From the NCBI GenBank assembly GCA_963668175.1, contig OY764159.1:3936001-4000000 (forward strand): a DNA stretch of 64,000 nucleotides, written 5' to 3'. Below the pieces are notes generated by a model. It was not told where the DNA came from and searched no databases. It saw nothing but the letters and a program-made list of their open reading frames with translations. This DNA comes from Syntrophales bacterium. Its GTDB lineage: Bacteria > Desulfobacterota > Syntrophia > Syntrophales > PHBD01. A program made the position numbers and the translations under genes. Positions 9,194 to 17,598 of this stretch are shown here, piece after piece; position 1 is the first letter of the stretch; every line of letters begins with the position of its first letter.

Positions 9194-11549
9194 GCGTCAC
9201 CTTGACGAGTTCCCGGCGGATGCGTTCAACGACATCCCCCCACTGCCCCTGTTCGGTCTGGCGGAACAACCTCATCGTCGGATACCAGGGGCTGTCGTCC
9301 CGATCCAGCATCCAGCGCCAGTCCGGCGAACGCATCAACATCGTCCAGACGGGCTTGCCCATTGCACCCGCCAGATGCGCTGTGGCCGTGTCGACGGAGA
9401 TCGTCAAATCGAGGTTCTCGATCAGGGCGGCCGTATCGGCAAAATCCCGGATATCTTCGGTGTAATCGACGATCGTCATCCCGGCCGGCGCATCTTTTAT
9501 CTGGCCGGACGCCTCTCCTTTCTGAACGCTGTAGAACGTGACGCCCCGTATCGAAAAAAGGGGCAGAAAATCCTTCAGCAGGCATGATTTGATGGCGGGA
9601 TGCGTACCGCCCCAGACCAGCCCCGCCCTTACCGTACCGTCGCCTCCGGCAAGTCTTTCCCGCCATGTTTTTGCTAAATCGGCATCCGCCTTGATATAGG
9701 GGACATCGACGGGCAACGTATCCAGAGACGTATCGAACATCATAGGAAGCGACAAGAGGGGGATATGGACGTCATAATGCGGCAGGGCCTCTCCGCGCAA
9801 AACGATTTTTCGCACGCCCTTAACCCCTCTGAAAATCGTCTGCAGTTCCTTTTGACAATGGACGATCGCATCCGCGCCCAGATCGGCAACCATGCGGACA
9901 TACCGGACAAAATGAATCGCGTCCCCGAAACCCTGTTCCGTATAGATCAGGATAGTCTTGCCTTTTATATCGGAACCGTCCCAAAGCGGTTTCTCATAGT
10001 CGTAAACCAGGGCGACATCCGGTAGTTTCTTTCTCCATTCGTATTTCTTCCATCCTTCCCGGAAATTTCCTGCAAAAAGATAGTTGAGGGACATATTGAA
10101 ATGGGCCTCGGCGTAATCGGGCTTCATGGCCACCGACGTTTGAAAGGACCGGAGGGCCTCGTCAAACAACCCCAAAAATTGGAGGACATTCCCGAGATTG
10201 GTGTAGGCCTCCGCCTTCCCCGGCTGAAGTTCGATCACCTTCTCGAAGTGCGCCTTCGCCTCCTCGAACCGCTCCTGCTCCTGGAGGGCCAGGCCCATGT
10301 TGTTATAGGCCTCCGCGTACCCGGGGTTGAGCTCTATCGCCTTCCGGTAATACCCCACCGCCTCCTCAAAGCACCGCTTCTCCTTGTACGCATTCCCAAG
10401 ATTGTAATAGCCCTTCTCCCCCTCCGGGTCGAGGCGCACAACCTCACGGTAGCACAAAACCGCGTCGTCCAGACGGCCCTGCTCGCGAAACACGTTCCCC
10501 AAATTGAACAGCGCCCCCACGTACTCCCCGTCCAGCTTCAACACGCCCTGGTAATACGCCACCGCCTCATCCAAAATCCCCTTGTCACGCAACGCATTCG
10601 CCAAATTGTACTGCGCCAAAACCACTCGACCGTCTACCCGAACCGCCTCACGATACTGCTCGATCGCCTCATCCAACATCCCGCGCGACTGCAACAGCAA
10701 TCCCAGATTGTTCCGGGCCTCCACAAACTCCGGCTTCAATGCCACTGCCTTGCGATACAAAAACATCGCTTCATCATTCCGCCCCTGGCTCTGATACGCA
10801 AAACCAAGGTTATGGCATGCCCGCGCATTCCCCGGTTCGCGTCCCAATACCTCCAAAAAACACGAAACGGCCTCCTCGCAGGCACCACGATCCTGCAGCA
10901 ATACACCCAGACCGTTCCAGGCATCCAGGTATCCGCCGTCCAGCGCCAATGCCTTCCGGTATGCAGCCGCAGCCTCATCAAGAAGCCCCTGCTCCCGCAA
11001 TGCAACTCCCAGCTGATACGGCACCACCGCCACACCCGGAAGCAATGCCTCCGCACGCCGGTAACTCGCAACCGCCTCCGCAAGAAGACCCAGCTCCCGC
11101 AGTGCATTCCCCAGATTATAATGCGCCTCGCCGTATCCTTCGTTCAGTTCCAACGCCCGGCGGTAACACGATAACGCCTGCTCAATCCTCCCCGTCTCCT
11201 TCAAGGCGATACCCAGGCTGTTGTATATCTCCGCATTCCCCTCGTCACGGCGTAAGGCCTCCTGATAACAGGATATCGCCTTTTCCAGATGCCCCGAATC
11301 GTAATAGATGTTCCCCAGCGTATGGTACGCTCCCCCGTTCCCGGGAGCGACGGATACAACCCGCTCGAAGTATACGGCTGCCGCTCCGTAGTCCCCCTCC
11401 TGATAGCGTATCCAGCCCAATAGCTCCAAGGCCCGCGTATCGTCCGGGCGCTCCTCTAAAACCGCCCCGTACAGGCGCGCCGCCTCCGTTAACCGTCCGG
11501 ACCGCTGATGCTCCACGGCCTCTTGCATTGTCTCTTCCAGATTCATCAT
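9183..11549 (-). CDS. Multi-TPR plus GT-B/GT9-like protein (copy B, divergent GT domain)
   Basis: Long TPR array; YTEQGFGDAIHFVRY, LDLTISVDTATAHLAGAMGK, DSPWYPTMRLFRQ. Confidence 0.9.
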   Translation of the reverse strand: MMNLEETMQEAVEHQRSGRLTEAARLYGAVLEERPDDTRALELLGWIRYQEGDYGAAAVYFERVVSVAPGNGGAYHTLGNIYYDSGHLEKAISCYQEALRRDEGNAEIYNSLGIALKETGRIEQALSCYRRALELNEGYGEAHYNLGNALRELGLLAEAVASYRRAEALLPGVAVVPYQLGVALREQGLLDEAAAAYRKALALDGGYLDAWNGLGVLLQDRGACEEAVSCFLEVLGREPGNARACHNLGFAYQSQGRNDEAMFLYRKAVALKPEFVEARNNLGLLLQSRGMLDEAIEQYREAVRVDGRVVLAQYNLANALRDKGILDEAVAYYQGVLKLDGEYVGALFNLGNVFREQGRLDDAVLCYREVVRLDPEGEKGYYNLGNAYKEKRCFEEAVGYYRKAIELNPGYAEAYNNMGLALQEQERFEEAKAHFEKVIELQPGKAEAYTNLGNVLQFLGLFDEALRSFQTSVAMKPDYAEAHFNMSLNYLFAGNFREGWKKYEWRKKLPDVALVYDYEKPLWDGSDIKGKTILIYTEQGFGDAIHFVRYVRMVADLGADAIVHCQKELQTIFRGVKGVRKIVLRGEALPHYDVHIPLLSLPMMFDTSLDTLPVDVPYIKADADLAKTWRERLAGGDGTVRAGLVWGGTHPAIKSCLLKDFLPLFSIRGVTFYSVQKGEASGQIKDAPAGMTIVDYTEDIRDFADTAALIENLDLTISVDTATAHLAGAMGKPVWTMLMRSPDWRWMLDRDDSPWYPTMRLFRQTEQGQWGDVVERIRRELVKVTHGR

Positions 11550-12366
11550 CCTAGCTCGGATAGGCAGCCAGCTCCGCCGCCACCTCCCCCATTACCGTAT
11601 CCCACGCTCCAGGCTCTCCCTGACGAAACAACCGCATCGTCGGATACCACGGACTGTCTCCCCGTCCCAGCATCCAGCGCCAATCCGGAGCATACGGCAG
11701 AAGCGTCCAGACAGCCTTCCCCATCGCTCCCGCCAAATGAACCACCGCCGTGTCCACAGATATCACCAAATCCAGGTTCCCGACCAGCCCCGCCGTATCG
11801 CTGAAATCATTCAACTCGCCCGTGTAATCCAATAACGCCATCCCCTCAGGTGCCTCCTTCGACTCCCCGGACGCCTCACCCTTCTGCAAACTGTAAAAAC
11901 GCACTCCCGACACTTTCCCCAACGGACCATACTGCAAAAGCTTCAGCGTCCGGTACACATCCTTCTTGTGCGTCGGTCGACCTGCCCAGGACAATCCTAC
12001 CTTCAGCCCGGGTCCCTCTCCGGTCAACCGCTCACGCCAATAGCGCAAAGACTCTTCCGTCCCCCTGATATACGGCACCTCCCCCGGTATCGTCGCAAGC
12101 TCCGTCCCGAACATCCCTGGCAAACTCATTATCGGGCATCGATAATCGTACGGCGGAAGAACCTCGCCTCGCCCATATACCGCCGATATCCCCTCAACCC
12201 CCGACAGCAGACGGACCAGCTCCTTCTGGCACTCCACCAACACCTCCGCCCCGAGATACGACAACTGCCGCGCATAGCGGATGAACTGGATCGTATCCCC
12301 GAAGCCCTGCTCCGTATAAACCAGTATCCGCTTCCCTGCTAAATCCTCACCTCGCCACTCCTGACC
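10179..12366. repeat. Direct repeat, unit 1 (about 2.19 kb, period 2374)
   Basis: Matches 12553..14740 except for scattered SNPs and one diverged patch of about 45 bp; spans a gene junction. Confidence 0.95.
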
Positions 12367-13923
12367 ATCTTGGACATACGTCCCGGCGACGTCGGCGACC
12401 TTTCTCCGCCATTCGTATTCCTTCCACCCTCTCTGTAAATCGCCCGAGAGCAGAACGGTCAGGGACATGTTGAAATGGGCCTCGGCCAGGTCGGGCTGTA
12501 TTTCCACGGCCCGCTCAAAGGATTTGACGGCTTCATCGAAACGTCCCATGGATTGGAGGACATTCCCGAGATTGGTGTAGGCCTCCGCCTTCCCCGGATG
12601 GCGTTCGATCACCTTCTCGAACTGCGCCTTCGCCTCCTCGAATGCTTCACGTTCCTGAAAGAGCAGTCCCAACTCGTGGCGGGCCTCCGCGTACCCGGGG
12701 TTGAGCTCTATCGCCTTCCGGTAATAGCCCACCGCCTCCTCAAAGCACCGCTTCTCCTTGTACGCATTCCCAAGATTGTAATAGCCCTTCTCCCCCTCCG
12801 GGTCGAGGCGCACAACCTCACGATAACACAAAACCGCATCGTCCAAACGGCCCTGCTCGCGAAACACGTTCCCCAAATTGAACAGCGCCCCCACGTACTC
12901 CCCGTCCAGCTTCAACACGCCCTGGTAATACGCCACCGCCTCATCCAAAATCCCCTTGTCACGCAACGCATTCGCCAAATTGTACTGCGCCAAAACCACT
13001 CGACCGTCTACCCGAACCGCCTCACGATACTGCTCGATCGCCTCATCCAACATCCCGCGCGACTGCAACAGCAATCCCAGGTTGTTCCGGGCCTCCACAA
13101 ACTCCGGCTTCAATGCCACTGCCTTGCGATACAACAACATCGCTTCATCATTCCGCCCCTGGCTCTGATACGCAAAACCAAGGTTATGGCATGCCCGCGC
13201 ATTCCCCGGTTCGCGTCTCAATACCTCCAAAAAACACGAAACGGCCTCCTCGCAGGCACCACGATCCTGCAGCAATACACCCAGACCGTTCCAGGCATCC
13301 AGGTATCCGCCGTCCAGCGCCAATGCCTTCCGGTATGCAGCCGCAGCCTCATCAAGAAGCCCCTGCTCCCGCAATGCAACTCCCAGCTGATACGGCACCA
13401 CCGCCACACCCGGAAGCAATGCCTCCGCACGCCGGTAACTCGCAACCGCCTCCGCAAGAAGACCCAGCTCCCGCAGCGCATTCCCCAGATTATAATGCGC
13501 CTCGCCGTATCCTTCGTTCAGTTCCAACGCCCGGCGGTAACACGATAACGCCTGCTCAATCCTCCCCGTCTCCTTCAAGGCGATACCCAGGCTGTTGTAT
13601 ATCTCCGCATTCCCCTCGTCACAGCGCAAGGCCTCCTGATAACAGGATATCGCCTTTTCCAGATGCCCCGAATCGTAATAGATGTTCCCCAGCGTATGGT
13701 ACGCTCCCCCGTTCCCGGGAGCGACGGATACAACCCGCTCGAAGTATGCGGCTGCCGCTCCGTAGTCCCCCTCCTGATAGCGTATCCAGCCCAATAGCTC
13801 CAAGGCCCGCGTATCGTCCGGGCGCTCCTCTAAAACCGCCCCGTACAGGCGCGCCGCCTCCGTTAACCGTCCGGACCGCTGATGCTCCACGGCCTCTTGC
13901 ATTGTCTCTTCCAGATTCATCAT
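11551..13923 (-). CDS. Multi-TPR plus GT-B/GT9-like protein (copy C)
   Basis: N-terminal TPRs nearly identical to copy B; GT domain identical in protein to copy D. Confidence 0.9.
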   Translation of the reverse strand: MMNLEETMQEAVEHQRSGRLTEAARLYGAVLEERPDDTRALELLGWIRYQEGDYGAAAAYFERVVSVAPGNGGAYHTLGNIYYDSGHLEKAISCYQEALRCDEGNAEIYNSLGIALKETGRIEQALSCYRRALELNEGYGEAHYNLGNALRELGLLAEAVASYRRAEALLPGVAVVPYQLGVALREQGLLDEAAAAYRKALALDGGYLDAWNGLGVLLQDRGACEEAVSCFLEVLRREPGNARACHNLGFAYQSQGRNDEAMLLYRKAVALKPEFVEARNNLGLLLQSRGMLDEAIEQYREAVRVDGRVVLAQYNLANALRDKGILDEAVAYYQGVLKLDGEYVGALFNLGNVFREQGRLDDAVLCYREVVRLDPEGEKGYYNLGNAYKEKRCFEEAVGYYRKAIELNPGYAEARHELGLLFQEREAFEEAKAQFEKVIERHPGKAEAYTNLGNVLQSMGRFDEAVKSFERAVEIQPDLAEAHFNMSLTVLLSGDLQRGWKEYEWRRKVADVAGTYVQDGQEWRGEDLAGKRILVYTEQGFGDTIQFIRYARQLSYLGAEVLVECQKELVRLLSGVEGISAVYGRGEVLPPYDYRCPIMSLPGMFGTELATIPGEVPYIRGTEESLRYWRERLTGEGPGLKVGLSWAGRPTHKKDVYRTLKLLQYGPLGKVSGVRFYSLQKGEASGESKEAPEGMALLDYTGELNDFSDTAGLVGNLDLVISVDTAVVHLAGAMGKAVWTLLPYAPDWRWMLGRGDSPWYPTMRLFRQGEPGAWDTVMGEVAAELAAYPS

Positions 13924-14740
13924 CCTAGCTCGGATAGGCAGCCAGCTCCGCCGCCACCTCCCCCATTACCGTATCCCACGCTCCAGGCTCTCCCTGACGA
14001 AACAACCGCATCGTCGGATACCACGGACTGTCTCCCCGTCCCAGCATCCAGCGCCAATCCGGAGCATACGGCAGAAGCGTCCAGACAGCCTTCCCCATCG
14101 CTCCCGCCAAATGAACCACCGCCGTGTCCACAGATATCACCAAATCCAGGTTCCCGACCAGCCCCGCCGTATCGCTGAAATCATTCAACTCGCCCGTGTA
14201 ATCCAATAACGCCATCCCCTCAGGTGCCTCCTTCGACTCCCCGGACGCCTCACCCTTCTGCAAACTGTAAAAACGCACTCCCGACACTTTCCCCAACGGA
14301 CCATACTGCAAAAGCTTCAGCGTCCGGTACACATCCTTCTTGTGCGTCGGTCGACCTGCCCAGGACAATCCTACCTTCAGCCCGGGTCCCTCTCCGGTCA
14401 ACCGCTCACGCCAATAGCGCAAAGACTCTTCCGTCCCCCTGATATACGGCACCTCCCCCGGTATCGTCGCAAGCTCCGTCCCGAACATCCCTGGCAAACT
14501 CATTATCGGGCATCGATAATCGTACGGCGGAAGAACCTCGCCTCGCCCATATACCGCCGATATCCCCTCAACCCCCGACAGCAGACGGACCAGCTCCTTC
14601 TGGCACTCCACCAACACCTCCGCCCCGAGATACGACAACTGCCGCGCATAACGGATGAACTGGATCGTATCCCCGAAGCCCTGCTCCGTATAAACCAGTA
14701 TCCGCTTCCCTGCTAAATCCTCACCTCGCCACTCCTGACC
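12553..14740. repeat. Direct repeat, unit 2
   Basis: Matches 10179..12366 at offset 2374. Confidence 0.95.
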
Positions 14741-15805
14741 GCCGAGATCACGCTTCGCGAAAATCTCCCGCATCTCCCGGCGCCACTCATACTCCTTCCA
14801 GCCTTCCGCAAAATTACCCGTCAAAAGCAGCGCCAAAGACAAATTCCAGTGCGCCTCCGCAAAACCCGGCTTTAATCCGATAGCACGACGATAGAAACGG
14901 ATGGCTTCCGGGCAATCCAATGTATCGTACAGGGACACGCCCATGTTGTTAAGGGCATCGGTATGGTCCGGATTGACCTCCAGGGCCCGGCCGGTATATC
15001 GGATCGCCCCTTCCAAATCTTGGCTGCCGTAAGCCATAACACCCAGGCTGTAATAGGCATCGGCGATAGAGGGATCAATCCGTAAAGCCTGCCAGTAGGC
15101 CGCGGCGGCGTTTTCAACATCGCTTTCCTCCCGGAAGACATTCCCCAGATTGTTATAAGCGGCGGCGTAGCAGGGGCTGATCTTGAGGGCCGTTTCGTAG
15201 CAGATCCTGGCTTCGGCAAGTTCTCCCCGTTCCTGCAGAAGCGTTCCCGTATTATTGAAGGCCTCTGCAAAATCGGGCTTTAACTCGATGGCCTTGCGGA
15301 AACAGGTGAGGGCTTCGTCCGGCCGGTTTTTCTCTTTCATGACGTTCCCCAGGTTGTTGTAGGCCTCCGGAAACGCCGCCCGGCATCCTATGGCCTTTTG
15401 ATAGCATGAAAGAGCCGCATCGAGATCACCGACCTCCTGAAAAACGACGCCTAAATTATAATGAAGCTCGCAATCGGTCGGATCGAGAGACAACCCCCGT
15501 CGATAGCTGGCAATGGCGGCATCTGGCCGGCCTGCACCTTTGTAGCTGTTCCCCAGATTCTTGTAGGCATCCACCCGTTTCGGGTCGAGGTTGATTGCGG
15601 CCTCTGTATTCACGATGGCCCTGTCGTACCGTCCTGTTTCATAATCCAGAAGCCCCATCAGGTACAGGACATCGATGTGATAAGGTTCGGTCTCCAGAAT
15701 GCTTCGGTACAGCATCTCGGCTTCCGCAAGCCTTCCCGCCCGGTGATGCTCCAAGGCGTTCACAATCATATCATCCGTTACAGCATTAGCCATTTTACCG
15801 TTCAC
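13925..15805 (-). CDS. Multi-TPR plus GT-B/GT9-like protein (copy D)
   Basis: Unique canonical TPRs (P..AEAYNNLG), then the shared GT domain. Start is GTG 15805 or ATG 15793. Confidence 0.9.
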   Translation of the reverse strand: MNGKMANAVTDDMIVNALEHHRAGRLAEAEMLYRSILETEPYHIDVLYLMGLLDYETGRYDRAIVNTEAAINLDPKRVDAYKNLGNSYKGAGRPDAAIASYRRGLSLDPTDCELHYNLGVVFQEVGDLDAALSCYQKAIGCRAAFPEAYNNLGNVMKEKNRPDEALTCFRKAIELKPDFAEAFNNTGTLLQERGELAEARICYETALKISPCYAAAYNNLGNVFREESDVENAAAAYWQALRIDPSIADAYYSLGVMAYGSQDLEGAIRYTGRALEVNPDHTDALNNMGVSLYDTLDCPEAIRFYRRAIGLKPGFAEAHWNLSLALLLTGNFAEGWKEYEWRREMREIFAKRDLGGQEWRGEDLAGKRILVYTEQGFGDTIQFIRYARQLSYLGAEVLVECQKELVRLLSGVEGISAVYGRGEVLPPYDYRCPIMSLPGMFGTELATIPGEVPYIRGTEESLRYWRERLTGEGPGLKVGLSWAGRPTHKKDVYRTLKLLQYGPLGKVSGVRFYSLQKGEASGESKEAPEGMALLDYTGELNDFSDTAGLVGNLDLVISVDTAVVHLAGAMGKAVWTLLPYAPDWRWMLGRGDSPWYPTMRLFRQGEPGAWDTVMGEVAAELAAYPS

Positions 15806-16029
15806 CAGACCTTCCGGAAAGGAGAGAATCTTAAAATGTCTCCGGTCAATGCAATCAATATACGATTAGCGATAGTTATCAGATGACGGTCTTTTTTTCG
15901 ACCACAAAACCCGATTGGAAGGACCGATCTCAAACACATTTCTTTGAAATGAAGATCGCCATGTTTAATATTCCGAATTAGTGGAAATGAAGGAATGTCT
16001 TTCTGAGGTAAGATCTTTACCGGCGCATC

Positions 16030-16068
16030 AAAAAGAAAAACCCCAAGAGCCTTCACGGCGGATGGGGT
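16030..16068 (-). terminator. Intrinsic terminator after flaF
   Basis: ACCCCA..GCC-gtgaa-GGC..TGGGGT followed by TTTTCTTTTT. Confidence 0.6.
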
Positions 16069-16112
16069 CGAGATCGTTTTTGACGTCATAAAAATCGGGA
16101 CGCCTCCGGCGC

Positions 16113-16496
16113 CTATTCATCGCTGGGCGAACCCCGGAGTCCGGCGGCAATATTGAGATTTGCATTGATGATGAACGTCAATTTTTCGGCTGCGGGAAAT
16201 GCCATGACATCGAATATCCGTTTGTCGATAAAAACACTTAACCTAAGGATATCCTGCCGTAATTCCTTCGGCAGAGGATTCTCCGGCGAAGACAGCTCCC
16301 CTTGAAAAAGACTCCAGATCAGCTGGTTGTATTTGAGCGCCTCCTGCAGTCGCTCTTTGCGATCAGGCGCATCCCAGTTATCCTGGCAATCCTTAAGCAG
16401 CATGGCTGCTTTGGTCAGAACCGCAGCTTCAAGCTCACGCCCCGTCAAAGTGTCCATTTGAGCTTTTTGGTATGCGTTCATCGGGGTTGCGTTCAT
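16113..16496 (-). CDS. flaF: Flagellar biosynthesis regulator FlaF
   Basis: AYQ..GRELEAAVLTKAA, ALKYNQLIWSLFQGELSSPENPLPKELRQDILRLSVFI, ININ-like NIAAGL. Confidence 0.9.
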   Translation of the reverse strand: MNATPMNAYQKAQMDTLTGRELEAAVLTKAAMLLKDCQDNWDAPDRKERLQEALKYNQLIWSLFQGELSSPENPLPKELRQDILRLSVFIDKRIFDVMAFPAAEKLTFIINANLNIAAGLRGSPSDE

Positions 16497-16878
16497 TGCT
16501 CAGCAAAACCTCCTGTTCATAATTTATCAATTTTTTTGAATACTTCAACGCCAGATAGTACTCGTTGCCGATAATGGAATCGCTTATCTTATCCACATAC
16601 GGTCGCACACTCGGTGCCGCCTGCACGACATCGCGAGCAAAACCCCAGTAAAGATCGTGATATCTTGCCAAGTTTTCTTTGTCAATATACATCATCTGGA
16701 CAACAAAGTAAATCCTTTTACATGGCGACGTTGCGTCTCTTTCCTGCAGGATATCTTTCTCCCGAAGCACCGTGACATTGTTTTCCACGTAAAGACTGCA
16801 TTTCGTATTGCCGTTCGTAATGACGGCCGAGCCAAGAAGTAATTTTTCGTGCGGTTTGAGATTGATCTTGAGTGCCAT
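16435..16878 (-). CDS. flbT: Flagellin translational regulator FlbT
   Basis: MALKINLKPHEK, VLREKDILQERDATSPCKRIYFVVQMMY, YYLALKYSKKLINYE. Confidence 0.9.
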   Translation of the reverse strand: MALKINLKPHEKLLLGSAVITNGNTKCSLYVENNVTVLREKDILQERDATSPCKRIYFVVQMMYIDKENLARYHDLYWGFARDVVQAAPSVRPYVDKISDSIIGNEYYLALKYSKKLINYEQEVLLSNERNPDERIPKSSNGHFDGA

Positions 16879-17013
16879 GAATGGTCAAATTCCCGTCTGT
16901 AGTCGCTCTTTTCCCCACTTGTATTGATTTATCGATGTCTTCCCTTGCGGACGAACCTTTACGTCTTTTTTTGCGGTCGCCGCAGTCACGATCGGTTTCC
17001 GGTTATTTTGCCC

Positions 17014-17511
17014 TTATTTAGGTGCAATAATCAGGCCGGATTCGGAAGCTGTCTTCTCCTCCGTACCATCCTGTTGCTGGGCCGTCGCCCCGGAATCCTT
17101 TTCCTCATCAGCCCGACTATTCTCAGTCCCGTTTTTATCGGGCGGAATGGTCAGGTGATCAATCTCCCTTCTCAAAGCCGCAAAGCTTTTGAGCATCTGC
17201 ACTCTTTCTTTGCTGCCCTCAAGAAAAGGGGGGTAGTTTTTGATGATTTCTTCCGGCTGCCCCTTTGTCCTGATCGGAACCTCTTCGGCCTTATTTTCGG
17301 CGGCATTGGGCTTCGTCATGTCTACAGCTTTCTCGCTGATACTCAGCTTGACGCCTTCGTTTTTGGCCGATTCCGGAGACGTGCCGTTTTTAAGAGCAAC
17401 CGTATCTTCCGCAACGGCATCCCTTTTGGCCGTTCCCCGAGCATCCGGAGACGAATAAACCCGGGTATATTCATATGAAGGGCTCGCATCATTAATTTTG
17501 CCGATAGCCAT
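17014..17511 (-). CDS. Hypothetical flagellin-linked protein
   Basis: 165 aa ORF with GAGG RBS, filling the gap between flagellin and flbT; core IIKNYPPFLEGSKERVQMLKSFAALRREIDHLTIPP. Confidence 0.75.
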   Translation of the reverse strand: MAIGKINDASPSYEYTRVYSSPDARGTAKRDAVAEDTVALKNGTSPESAKNEGVKLSISEKAVDMTKPNAAENKAEEVPIRTKGQPEEIIKNYPPFLEGSKERVQMLKSFAALRREIDHLTIPPDKNGTENSRADEEKDSGATAQQQDGTEEKTASESGLIIAPK

Positions 17512-17529
17512 CGTCGTCTGCCTCTTATT

Positions 17530-17563
17530 GAAAGGCGGGAGGAAGCATTTGCTCCCCCCCGCC
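17530..17563 (-). terminator. Hairpin or leaky terminator after flagellin
   Basis: GGCGGGGGGGAGCA-AA-TGCTTCCTCCCGCC followed only by TTTC. Confidence 0.6.
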
Positions 17564-17598
17564 GTCGATTAGCGTCTATCTTGACTACGTATCATCTA

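Noticed and set aside
10101..13928. Long plus-strand ORFs (357 aa and 271 aa, each duplicated)
   Set aside because: They are antisense shadows of the TPR genes, and their Pro/His/Gln richness reflects the strand skew.
7713..14890. Repeats as the template/variable regions of a diversity-generating retroelement
   Set aside because: No reverse transcriptase is in the window, the repeats are kb-scale and all coding, and the differences checked are not adenine-specific.
15802..16089. 95 aa ORF between flaF and the TPR-GT array
   Set aside because: It crosses a terminator hairpin, is AT-rich, and has no recognisable motif.
16930..16962. Possible sigma28 promoter for flbT (TAAAGGTT...ATCGATAA)
   Set aside because: The spacer is about 21 nt rather than 15-16, so it was not called.
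17554..17560. C7/G7 tract as a phase-variation site
   Set aside because: It is intergenic, short, and forms the stem of the post-flagellin hairpin.
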